This document shows, piece after piece, positions 22,546 to 33,905 of a stretch of DNA of 34,230 nucleotides; position 1 is the first letter of the stretch; each line of letters opens with the position of its first letter. The stretch comes from Chiloscyllium plagiosum (lineage: Eukaryota). Under the pieces are notes generated by a model that was not told where the DNA came from, searched no databases, and worked only from the letters and a program-made list of their open reading frames with translations. Both the position numbers and the translations under genes were made by a program. The stretch covers positions 1-34,230 of the forward strand of contig NW_025213584.1 of assembly GCF_004010195.1 (NCBI RefSeq), written 5' to 3'.

Positions 22546-23788
22546 GTATTTACATAACTTCAATTTCAAGTTTATTTAAGGAATGGTAATATTATTTCTA
22601 AATAACATGGAATTCAAATTATTACATTTAATTTTTCTCAGTACTGCCTTGTTGAGTCTTAATCAGAGCTACTGTTGTCAACTATAATGTGCCATTTTTT
22701 TTCTGGCATTAACTAACCAAAACTATATTAATTTTCTCACCACTTAATCTCTTTACCAGAATGAGTAAAAGCTCTGGTGTGATGTTGGCTCTTATTGTTA
22801 GTCCGCTGTTTTATGTTTTAAATGATCTTTTTTTAACAAACTGTTGAAAAGTAATTATCAAGCATATTCAAGTTATTGAAAAAAATCAAATTAAATAATA
22901 TTTCAAATTTTAAATAGATTTATTTTCCTCAGATTCTTTCTTTTAGTATGTATTGACTAATGTGTACATGTGTTTTGGATTTTTAATGTTGATTTTTAAT
23001 AAATTAGCCTAAGTGCTGGAAGTAATGCTTTCCACGTTCTACCATTGATTTTTTTCTTCATGATATTATGATATTTTCTTCATGTTAAAAAAAATTCTTT
23101 TAACCAGCTACCTTCAAATAAGCACAAAACATTTATATTCATGTAGAAGCACCAGATATCCTGTGCCAGGTTTGCAAGGCACCTGACACTTCTCAACTGT
23201 CTTCTGAACTTTTAATTAGAACTGGCTCTAGAATAAATATCAGGATTGTACCTATATCACAAACTTCTAGCCTAGTCTGCAACAATCATGAAATACTTGG
23301 CACTGTCTGCTGCGAACAACTGCATGTATGCACTACTCTAGAAATCATCCTCCACATGATTCCAGACCCACTACAACAATGTGTATAAATTCAATGATGC
23401 ACATGCAAAAAGAAGATACGCAATATTGAAATGGAGTTTGATGGGGTTAAGGAGTGGGCTGGCTGGAGGAGACAAATGAGGAGATGTGAGGAGGATATAA
23501 GAAGGGAGGCATTTGAGGAGTGAGGGAAGCCAGGAGGGAGAGCATCTCTGTCTACCCACCTGCTTATTAAAATGCACAGCCCACATGCACTAGTATTAAC
23601 AGATAAAGCTGAAAAATTTAAATATCTTTTAAATAACCCTAACCTTAACCCTGTCTTCTGCTACTCTGTCTTCTGTCCATTTCCTATCTGTTATCCTGAA
23701 CCCATCCAAAGATCTGCCTGTATTCACACCAAGTTAATCATACCAGACCATTGCTGACATGTGTTAGGCCATGGTTTGGCATGAACTA

Positions 23789-25145
23789 GTGTTATGATCC
23801 TTACAGATGGTCCTACTGGAAAATCGAATCCCACTCAGAGACCTGGCTTGATAAATCACGTTTGATTTAATTTGGTTTTAACTAAGTGGTTCCTCACTAA
23901 AACATAAATTAGAATTCTGTTGCAAAAGAAATTTAGATAAAATAGAATAATCCAAATTATCTACCTCTTTATTTTTTTATTATTTTTCTTTGGCTAACTC
24001 ATTTCCTGTAACTTCTTAATATCTTGGAGTTAAAGTTTTCTTAATTTAATTTCTCTCTGCTTTTCTTTCTCCTCTCTTTCCATTGTGCTATAACTTTTTT
24101 TCTCCTCAATTTTGCATCTTTTATTTCCTTAATTCAATTTTTGTAAACTTCTAACTGTACATTAGCTAATTTCATTTGTGACATCCGAGTTTCAGATTTG
24201 CTTCCTTCCAATTGTAAATGCGGTATAAGCACTTGAAGTATCTATCCTTATGGACTCCTAATTTTAAGTCTGTCCTCAATGTATCTGCTAATTAACTCTG
24301 CTCAGCTGTAGTCAAAGGTTGTAAATAATCCACTGTTATTATATCTTCCACTTCCACAACACTCTTAGTAACTTCTCAAGCCATCATCCAACTCTGTGCA
24401 ATAAAATTCACCACAGCACAGCAAATTTGAACTCAGAGCTACTCTGTTACTTTGTCAAGAAAGACACAGATCCCTCTTAAACAACATGAATGCAGAGTTC
24501 TGGGATGAGCCTCCATTTGTTATTGCCTTTGCGAAATATCACAGGTTCAACTAGAATTGCTGCTTTTCTGAGGCGACCTAATGCTCATCTAAATAAGTTT
24601 TTAAATCCGTAGGAATGCTATTTCTGAATTCTAAGTAGTCAAGCGGGAGGCTGGAAGAACGCAGCAGGCCAGGCAGCATCAGGAGGTGGAGGAGTCAATG
24701 TTCAGATGACCCTTCTGAATTCTTCCATTGTTAAAATTTGCCTTAAATTCTTAATTTTTTCTCTAAGTGATCCAAACCATAAATCCCAAAACATTTCTTT
24801 CTCCCCTACAAATTCCATAAGTTTCTTTCATGTCATCATAAATTTAAATTGCCAAGCTTCAGGTACAAGCTCATAAGCATTAAGTATTGCCTGTCTGTTC
24901 TCACACTGCAGATTTGTTCTTTTGACAGGCTGGTATTCACAGTCCTAGTTATACCTGTCAAAATATCTTGTAACCTCTTTTGGCAACCTCATCTGCCTGG
25001 TAATCTTCTCAATTGAGGTAAAATGCCTTCCAATTCCATCCTCATTCAATTTAGGCACTAAGTGTAGACTCATAATCATTCTTCTACTAATATTTTCTTC
25101 TTCATAACCCCTCTCAAAGACAAATAGCATCAGAGATTGTAGCAA
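23789..25145 (-). mobile_element. Fragmented Ty3/Gypsy LTR retrotransposon (gag remnants and PBS)
   Basis: Minus strand LHLVPKLNEDGIGRHFTSIEKITRQMRLPKE and AILNAYELVPEA (gag motif YELVPEA). TAACA followed by AA-TGGAGGCTCATCCC (tRNA-Pro PBS-like) at about 24498-24522. ATG at 24384 is followed by E/K-rich coiled-coil-like sequence. Confidence 0.7.
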
Positions 25146-25169
25146 GTCAGTCAATCAGTATTCATGTAG

Positions 25170-25320
25170 GAGCAAATTACTGCAGATGCTGGAATCTGTA
25201 CTGAAAACAACAAATGATGGAGATAGCGTCAATGGAGAGAGAGTAAGCTAATGTTTTCGAGTCTGGATGACTCTTCATCTGAGCTGGTGAAGTGTGGAAG
25301 GGGCAGCATTTATGTTGGTG
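25170..25320 (-). mobile_element. Penelope-derived pseudo-LTR fragment with degenerate hammerhead-like motif
   Basis: The tail actgcagatgctggaa is shared with the 12887-12910 family. Minus 25285-25246 reads agct-CAGATGA-a-gagtc-atcca-gactc-GAAAACATT-agct. Confidence 0.6.
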
Positions 25321-25327
25321 GAGAAAA

Positions 25328-25481
25328 GATGTTGATATTCCGATGAAAGAACTCATGTTGGTTTACCTTTATTTCAAAACATAAGGAAATACTTCTCATT
25401 TTGCGATGTTGATATTCCGATTAAGGAATTCATGTTGGTTTGCCTTTATTTCAAAGCATCAGGAAATACCTCCCCTTTTGA
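25328..25481 (+). repeat. 77-bp diverged tandem duplication
   Basis: Units start gatgttgatattccgat at 25328 and 25405. Confidence 0.88.
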
Positions 25482-26066
25482 GAACCTCCAGTGGTCTAAA
25501 CAATCTTGTGTTCCTTTATCATGTACATGCAGGTTATCATTATGTTGGTAGGGTTTCATTTGCTGATTTATCTTCTACTAGCTGGTTTAATAGTATTGCT
25601 TTAAGCTGGCTATCGAGGGCTTTTGTGGCACAGTGAGCCTTATCTCTGAGCCAGAAGGCCTGACTTAGAGTCCTATGCACTCCAGTGGTGTGTAATAACA
25701 CCTAAACAGGTTGATTAGAAGATATCTTTTAGTTGGGTCTTGTGGGGTCAAATATCATCTCGATTCCACTTTTTTTTTCCCCTTTGGTTTGGAGAGAAAT
25801 ATTTACTTGACTTATGTGCAATTGTGTTTCTTTTTACCAGTTTCAAATACAAAAACAATTGATTAGATAAGGTATTTGACTATTTTCTGCATGCAAAATT
25901 CTACTTACGAACAGTGAAATTTAATATTGTATGACAAAATCACAATTCTTTAATAAAAAAAGTAGAGTTTAGGTATTGCTAATGATTCTCTGTTGGAACT
26001 AGTTAATGCTATGTTGAAAGGAACATAAGTGACTAATAACATATAATTTTTAAAAACCTCTTTCAG

Positions 26067-26261
26067 CTCTGGATTGGAGGCAAAGGATCAGACAAAATGA
26101 GAGGGAAAATCTATGTGGTAGACACAATCAAATGCAGTGTGGAAAAGGAACTGGTGGCTCATGTAGACATGGTTCGAGTACTGTGCAGTATTGAAGACAG
26201 ATATGTTATTAGTGGTGCTGGCAAAGAAGATGGGAAAATTGCCATCTGGAATGTGGGGTAA
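26067..26261 (+). CDS. DENND3: DENND3 terminal coding exon with stop codon
   Basis: ctttcag acceptor. [67 protein letters not shown] (stop 26259-26261), matching the DENND3 C-terminus. Confidence 0.95.
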   Translation, partial: LWIGGKGSDKMRGKIYVVDTIKCSVEKELVAHVDMVRVLCSIEDRYVISGAGKEDGKIAIWNVG

Positions 26262-26465
26262 TTTATCATCTTGGCATGCCTTTTATTGTGTTGAACTTTG
26301 CTCATTTGAGGGAAGCATGCAATTCCTGTACTTCGGCCCATCTATTCAATAACGCTTTTCAAAGTATGTCTGAAACAAAAACATTGCACTACAGAATTAC
26401 TTAATGCATGCAACAGTGAGACTTAAATATTTTTATTTTATATGGAATCATTACAAATCTGCACT

Positions 26466-26471
26466 AATAAA
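26466..26471 (+). promoter_or_regulatory. Candidate proximal polyadenylation signal of DENND3
   Basis: AATAAA about 200 bp after the stop, followed by T-rich sequence. Confidence 0.4.
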
Positions 26472-27640
26472 GAGTAGATTTGATTTTTTCACTTTTATTC
26501 ATTCCTCTTGAAATTACATAGTGCAGACAAAAATGTTTTAAATTGGTGCTGAAGTGGAATGATTTGGGTTAACTTGAATTGTATTATTTCCATTGCGCAA
26601 TTGAACATAATTCACTTTTTACTACACTATATTTTGATTGAATCATATATATTTACCTTTCACATAACAAATTAACCAAAGAAAAGCTAATTAGATTGCC
26701 AAATATGCAAAATCCATAGATCAGGCAGCATCTGTGGAGAGAAATGTTTCAGGACAATGACCAAACTTGCTAAGTATTTCCAACACTTACTGTTTTTATT
26801 TCAGATTTTCTGTATTCTGCATACTATTTGTTAGTATTTAATTGCAACAATTTCATGTGTAAATTTGGAATTTATTACTCATTTGTATTTTTCATGTATT
26901 CACAGTTACTAAGGGTTTTGTAGGGGTCACTCTGCAAACTAATAATTTATAAAGGGAGTGAGGAATTAAAAAAGTGAAGAAAGGCTATAAAAAGAAATTA
27001 ATTGCAATTTAAAAGCAAAAATCAAACTTGAGCTTGAAGATTAGATGTAATATAATTAATATCTCATTAATGAGCTGCTTTCAATGCTTTTTTTCTAGTG
27101 CTATCTAGTTTGTAATGCTATCTAATAGTATGTATAAGATCTGAAAATATTTATCTGATCAATTCAGTTGCAGAGGGAAACAAAACACACCAATTTTTTT
27201 TGCAAGTATTTGAAAACTACAAAATGTCAATACAACACCAAGCAGTTTTTTGAGCTTTGACCTTTAGCTGTTGAGGGGCGATTGTCTAAAACCTCTGATT
27301 TTACTGCCCGTAGCGCATACTTCCATTATTTCCATGTGTCTATTATAAATTTTAATATGTTTGATCAGACATATTTTAAATAATCTGAATATAGGCATAG
27401 AATATAATTCACTGCCTTGCATCTATTATCTGTTATATTATGCTTAACATATAAAGGCTGCTAATTGCAGAACATTATTCAACTGTTCCTAATTTTTCTT
27501 AAGTTAAAACAACCCACCTACCTCAATCTTCCAAAGAAAATTATATCATTACCAATCCCTGCCCACTCAAATCAGTAAACCTATTATGATCCTGTGATTG
27601 ATTTAATTGTACTTGACATAACACCATAAGAAAGGGATAT

Positions 27641-27750
27641 CACAGTCGCACAGTGGTTAGCGCTGATTTTTCATAGTGCCAGGGTCCTGGGTTCAATTTC
27701 AGCCTCAGGCCACTATCTATGTGGAGTTTGCACATTCTCCCTATGTCTGT
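27641..27750 (+). mobile_element. HE1-like V-SINE 5' fragment
   Basis: gcacagtggttagc (A box), gggttcaattt (B box), gtggagtttgcacattctccc (V-domain start). Confidence 0.8.
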
Positions 27751-27751
27751 A

Positions 27752-28530
27752 TCCCAGTCTGAGCTAATCCCATTTGCCAGCATTTGCCCGATATCCTTCT
27801 AAACCCTTCCTATTCATGTCCCAATCCAGCTGCCTTTTAAATGTTGTACAGGTGCACAATCCTTTATCCGAAATCTTTGGGCTAGTTGTTTCTTAGAATT
27901 TGGAATTTTTCAGATTTTGGAATAAATGACATTTTCACAGTAAAATAAAATAAATTACCGAACAGCAGACACATGTGTGAATAGCATGAAGGTTGAGACA
28001 GAATTGATGCCTACCAGTGCTGGGCCAGCTGCCATGTCACGTCTGAGTGATGTGGTTTGAGTGGGTGTGGAATTGGGTCACCTGTTTGCACCCCAAAATG
28101 ACACTCCACAAAAAAATTTTGGATTTTGGAGCTTTTCAGATAAAGGATTGTGTACCTGTAATTGTACATGCTTGTTCCATACATACACAATCCTCTGCAT
28201 GGAAAGGTTACCCCTCGGGTCCTTTTTTATAAATCTTCCCCTCCCACATTAAACCTTTGCTCTCTAGATTTGAACTCCCCCACCATAGGAAAAAGACGTT
28301 GGTTATGCATCCTAACCATGCCAGTCATGATTTTATAAACCTGTATAAAAGGTCACCACTCAGTTTCCAATGCTGCAGGGAAAAAAAAACACCCCAGCCT
28401 ATTCACTCCCTGTAACTCAAACTGACCTGTCCCAGCAACATCCTTGGAAATCTTGTCTGCATCCTGTCAAGTTTAACACCATGCTCCCTATAGAAGAGCG
28501 ACCAGAATCGTATTCTAAAAGTGGCCTCAC
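27752..28530 (-). mobile_element. CR1 3' end interrupted by a MITE
   Basis: Homologous to 31110-31590 and 7850-8250 (catgattttataaacc, aggtcacc). Confidence 0.85.
27849..28158. mobile_element. Tc1/mariner-superfamily (Tigger/MER46-like) MITE, 310 bp
   Basis: 25-bp TIRs CAGGTGCACAATCCTTTATCCGAAA / TTTCAGATAAAGGATTGTGTACCTG (2 mismatches) and TA TSD. Removing it restores the CR1 sequence aatgttgtaattgta. Confidence 0.92.
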
Positions 28531-28539
28531 CACGTAAGG

Positions 28540-28835
28540 ATCAGAGGGCATAATCTCAGAGTAAGAGGTCGCCTAGTTATGCCAAAGGTAAGGAATTTCT
28601 TCTGTCAGAAGGCAGTGAATCTGTTAATTTTTTTTACCACCAGAGGACTGATGAGGCTGGGTCATTACATATATTTCAAGCTCATAGAAATTTTTAATCA
28701 ATAAGGGAATTAAGGGTTATGGGGGAAAGGCAGGAAAGTGGAATTGAGATCATCAGATCAGCCATGATCTCATTGAATGGTGGAACAGACTCAATGAGCC
28801 AAATGGTCTACTTCTGCTTCTATATCTTTATAGTG
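28540..28835 (+). mobile_element. CR1 3' end fragment
   Basis: gggcataatctcagagtaagagg...gaatttcttct...gatcagccatgatctcattgaatgg. Confidence 0.85.
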
Positions 28836-28939
28836 TTATGAAGTTTCTGCCTTTGTTTTAATGTAAATGTTTAGCCTGGCACAGCGATATTACAATTTTT
28901 AAAACATGCAGTGAACGAAAAATGCAGCATTTGGTAAAA

Positions 28940-30250
28940 GTCATGCTGATTTTCTTTATTGATAATTGCTTGGTAGTACAGAATTAAGCATTGCTAAAAA
29001 GAGTTACAGTTGAAGATTTTCACCTTGCATTAATCAGAATTGGAATGCAAGAAACTGACTTGGGAAAAGACCAAAAATTAATATAGCATGAAATTAGAGT
29101 GCTGATTTGCTGGTTCATGGTTGACTTGGTAAATATCAATCTTAGCTGATTAAACTCATACTTCATACTAGGCAGGTAGAGTCTGATTGGTTAGGGTGAA
29201 GCAGCAGGGTTTTGGCTGTCTCTAACTCTCTTTCTTGTAACATACAGACTACGCTCGAGGGCAAGTTGCAAAGACATTTGGTGGGCTCATGATCTTTCTA
29301 GTGATATATATGATTGGATAAGGTGACCTGGGAGTACAAATCCTGTCATATGAGCTGCCCGAGACATACCAAAGTGATGTCCCTTTACACTGTTATCTAT
29401 GATGTAATTGTGCAGAACATGAATTGGTCAAATGATTGAGTGTGAGCTAGTGCAGCCAATTCTTGTTTTCCATGTACGCTCTGAAACATTACTGTATATC
29501 CTGCAAAACATACATATCAAGAGCAGTATTGTGTCCATGTACTCTTTTGACATTGCTAGCTTACTTACCACTCTAGGAAACCATTCACATTTATATTTTA
29601 TCACTATATCTTGGCAATGTAGTGCAACCAGTGTCTGAATCTGTTTCCATCAAACTCATGAACTTGATAGATCATGTAGTCAAGCTAAATTTCAGTTATA
29701 GTAATGCGCCCTTTTGATCGAATAATGACTAATCTTTCACCCCTTGAACACTTCCAACAGTCAGTGACACGTTTGCAATGTTTGAATCCGTAGCTGCATC
29801 AAAGATTATCTTTACTCAATTTAGTAAACTCCATTCTGCGCTTAGGTTTACCATTTGAAAAGGAGGCATCAAACAAGATCCCTTTCCTTGATGTGTTAGC
29901 TAAAAAAATTGCCAATGGATTCTGTGCTAGTATCTGCCACAAGCCTACATTCAATGGCCAATATATGCATTTAATTGCAACAGTTTCATTTGCTGCAAAA
30001 TAGAGCTTATCGACAGGCTCATGAATAGACATTGTGAGAGGACGTATCAAGACTACCCGCATCAAATCATCATTCATGTGATATGTGAGTTCTGATCTTG
30101 TGATACATTCTTGCTCCATTTCCCATGGCATTGCTCTGACAATTCAGACGTTACCTGCCTTTAATTAGCTCATTATGACTGACATTTAAAAGATCTTGCT
30201 ACATCTCTATGCTAACTAGTCAGCACTCTCTTCTCATGCTGTATATGTTT
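28940..30250 (+). mobile_element. Old Penelope-like element with RT remnant and inverted pseudo-LTR
   Basis: SMYSFDIASLLT and LHSALRFT/EKEASNKIPFLDV...HKPTFNGQYMH (PLE RT motifs). About 29080-29200 is partly reverse-complementary to about 30120-30245. Confidence 0.75.
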
Positions 30251-30801
30251 TTATTATTGGAACAAATACATGTAAAATGTTTGTTATATTGCTCAATCAC
30301 CCAATGCAAGCACCAATATTCCATTTTTTAAACGCAGCTCAAAATGGCTTTTTATTAGCGTTTTAGTAGTTTGAAAGAACTCATGTCAGTTATTAATAAA
30401 TAAAAATAAATTTTATCCCAGGAGTATTATTGAAGTCATAATAGAAAAAGGTATTTAACATTTTACCCACAGAGGGATTGTTCTTTTCTTATTAAAGAGG
30501 TTACTGCACGTTTGTTATTACCTGTTACAGTACATTATTTCAGATAGTTAAGCTGTTAAATAGAATGTTTTTTAAACCACAATGTAACTGATAGTAAACC
30601 TAAGCAAAATTAGCTGCATTTAGTGAGTGTGATCAAAACCAAAATAAGTTTCTTTAATGGGCCATATAAAATGGTTTTTATTTTCACAAATGTTAAATTG
30701 AAATTGTTATATAAATACAAAATGCTTTGTACATTAATGTTTTTTTTAATGCTGCACTGGTCATATCTCATACTTGTATTTCTCAGATATTGCATATTTT
30801 T

Positions 30802-30807
30802 AATAAA
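30802..30807 (+). promoter_or_regulatory. Candidate distal polyadenylation signal
   Basis: AATAAA at the end of a repeat-free AT-rich block, followed about 15 nt later by a T/GT-rich tract (cttttttgtttcattt). Confidence 0.35.
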
Positions 30808-31034
30808 TACATACTACTATCTTTTTTGTTTCATTTCAGAAGCAAATGCTTGACTCTGAATTTCTGGACTATTGCTAATGGCATTTTGTAGAATCCAAAT
30901 GAGATGATTTCGGTTGCATTTTGTGAGAATGGTAGAACAGAAGGAACCACTTTCCCTACAAGTGGCTAATTGGACTGTGGATTAGTGAACAGTTGTCAAT
31001 TACTAAGACCGTTCACAGCTAACAGCTGTGTGAT

Positions 31035-32010
31035 TGATTAGAGTCATAGAGATGTGCAGCACGGAAACAGACCATTGGTCCAACTCGTCCATACCAACCA
31101 GATATCCTAACCTAATCTAGTCCCACTTGCTAGCACTTGGCCCATATCGCTCTAAACTCTTCTCTTCCTATTCATATACCCATCCAGATGCCTTTTAAAT
31201 GTTGTAATTGTATCAACCTCTACCACTTCCTCTGGCAGTTCATTCCATACATATACCACCTCTGTGTGAACAAGTAGCCCCTTAGGTCAGTTTTTAAATT
31301 TTTCCCCTCTTCCCCTAAACCTATGCCGTCTCATTCTGGACTCGCCCACCCGAGGGAAAATACTTTGTCTATTTAACCTCTCCATGCCCCTCATGAATTT
31401 ATAAACCTCTATAAAGGTCACCCCTCTGCCTCGGACAGTCCATGGAAAACAGCCTCTCCTGATAGCTCAAATCCTCCAACATTAGTAACATTCTTATGAA
31501 ACTCTAAAAGGTTCAGAAAAGATTTACAACATCCTTCCAATAGGAGGGAGGCCAGAATTACAACTAATATTCCAAAAGTGGCCTAACTAATGTCTTGTAC
31601 ATGACATCCAAACTCCTAAACTCAATGCTGTGACCAATAAAGCAAAGCCTATCAAATGCTGCCGTTACTATCCTATCTACCTGCGACTTGACTTTCAAGG
31701 AACTATGAACCTGCACCCCAAGGTTGCTTTGTTCAGCAATAGTCCCCAGGACTTTACCATTAACTACACAAGTCCTGCTCTGATTTGCCTTTCCAAAATG
31801 TAGCACCTCACATTTATCTAAATTAAATTCCGTCTGCCACTCCATAGCCCGTTGCCCCAACTGATAATTGTACTCTGAGGTAACCTTCTTCACTGTCCAC
31901 TACACCTCCAATTTTGGTGTAATCTGCAAAACTTACTAACTATACCTCCTATGTTCACATCCAAATCATTTATATAAATGATGAAAAGCAGCGGACTCAG
32001 CACCGATATA
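31035..32010 (-). mobile_element. CR1 LINE (RT to 3' end)
   Basis: YINDLDVNIGGIV..FADYTKIG; WQTEFNLDKCEVLHFGK...YKTLVRPLLEY; tail agagtcatagag. Confidence 0.92.
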
Positions 32011-32440
32011 TTATCCAGTTCAAACTGGATGGTTGCACCTGGGCAAGACTAGAACGAGGAGGGTTTAAACTGAAATAATAGGGAGATTGAAATCTATGCT
32101 CAGAAACAGAATAGAGGGAAATGACAGCAAAAACAGAAGACAGAATGGGAAATAAGAAGAGAGCAGAGAATCCAAGGGCAAAATTTTTTTTGCCCGAAAT
32201 GTTGATTTCCCTGCTCCTTGGATGCTGCCTGATCTGCTGTGCTTTTCCAGCACCACTCTAATCTAGACTCTGATTTCCAGCATCTGCAGTCCTCACTTTT
32301 GCCTCCAAAATTAGAACATGACCACAGTGCAAGAAAATGGAACAGGACTGAGAATGTCTTTTTTTTTTAAAAAAAGTCTTCTGGCTTGGAGCATTCAGAA
32401 AAAGTGGATGAATTAATCGCACAAATTAATATAAGAAATT
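32010..32440 (+). mobile_element. CR1 ORF1 end/ORF2 start fragment, interrupted at about 32186-32304
   Basis: Decayed DG-LHLGK...EEGLN* (ORF1 esterase end) and SIQKKVDELIAQI (ORF2 start). Confidence 0.6.
32186..32304 (+). mobile_element. Single-arm copy of the hairpin family (stem-II half, arm and tail)
   Basis: ttttgcccgaaatgttgatt...ggatgctgcctga...ccagcaccact...tttccagcatctgcagtc. Possible TSD caaaatt. Confidence 0.8.
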
Positions 32441-33905
32441 CTTATCTTAACATTCTAAATCTTCCATGTCCTTCTCCACAGTAAACACAGATGCATATAC
32501 TCATTTAGTATCTCTCCTTTCTCCTGCAGCGCCATACAAAGGCTGCCTTGTTGATCTTTGAGGGGCCCTATTCACTCCCTAGGTACCCTTTTGTCCTTAA
32601 TGTATGTGTAAAAGCCTCTTGGATTCTCCTTAACCCTAATTGCCAAAGCTATCTCACATCCCCTTTTTGCCTTCCTGATTTCCCTCTTAAGTACATTCCT
32701 ACTGCCTTTTTATTCATCTCAGGACTCACTCCATCTATCTTGTCTATATCTGACATATGTTTCCTTCTTTTTCTTAATCAAATCCTCAATTTCTTTAGTC
32801 ATCCAGCATTCCCTATACCTACCAGCCTTCCCTTTCACCCTAACAGGAATATGCGCTCTCTGGACACTCGTTTATCTCATTTCTGAAGGCTTTTGAACTG
32901 TCAAAACTACCCTTCCTCTTAGAACTTCAATTGTTAGATCTGGTCTATCCTTTTCCATCACTATTTTAAAACTAATGGAATTACAGTCACTGGCCCCAAA
33001 GTGCTTCCCTACTGACACCTCAGTCACCTGCCCTGCCTAATTTCCCAAGAGTAGGTACATCCACATACTGCATCAGAAAATTTTCTTGTACACACAAATT
33101 CCTCTCCATTTAAACTCATTAACACTATGGCAGTCTATATTTTGCAAGTTAAAATCCCCTACCATAACTATCCTATTATTCTTACAGATAGCTGTGATCT
33201 CCTTTGACTATTAGGGGGTCTACAATACAATCCCAGTAAGGTGATCGTCCCTTTCTTATTTCTCAGTTCCACCCAAATGACTTAGGACGTATTTCTGGGA
33301 ATATCCACCCCCAGTACAGCTGTAATACTACCCCTTATCAAAAACACCACTCCCCCTCCCCTCTTGCCTCCCTTTCTATCCTTCATGTAGTATTTGTATC
33401 CTGGAACATTAAGCTGCCAGTCCTGTCCATCCCTGAGCCATGTTTCTGTAATTGCTATGATATCCCAGTCCCATGCTCCTAACCATGCCCCGAGTTCATC
33501 TGCATTGAAATAAATGCAGTCTAATTTATCAGTCCTACCTTGTTCTCTGCTTTGTCTCTGCCTGTTCTGACTGTTTGACTCGCAATGTTCTTAATTGTAC
33601 CAGTCTCAGATTGATCTATTTCCTCACTATCTCCCTGGGTTACACCCCCTCCACCTTCGTAGTTTAAATCCTCCCAAGCAGTTCTCGCAAATCTCCCTGT
33701 CAGTATATTAGTCCCATTCCAATTTAGGTGCAATCCGTCCTTTTGTACAGGTCACTTCTACCCCAAAAGAGCTTCCAATGGTCCAAAAATGTTAATCCTT
33801 CTCCCATACACCAGCTTCTCAGCCATGCATTCATCTGCTCTATCCTCCTATTCCTGACCTCACTAGCTCATAGCACCGGGAGTAATCCAGATATTACTAT
33901 TCTTA
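32440..33905 (-). mobile_element. CR1 LINE 5' portion (ORF1 esterase C-terminus plus ORF2 endonuclease/tether)
   Basis: DGLHLNWNGTNILTGRFAR...EDLN (SGNH esterase end), WDWDIIAITETWL (APE start), and an LNEY-SVFTVEKD-like end. Confidence 0.88.

Noticed and set aside
20284..25481. CRISPR-like arrays from the 66-bp and 77-bp repeats
   Set aside because: Two abutting copies each, with no spacers and no cas genes, in vertebrate intron context.
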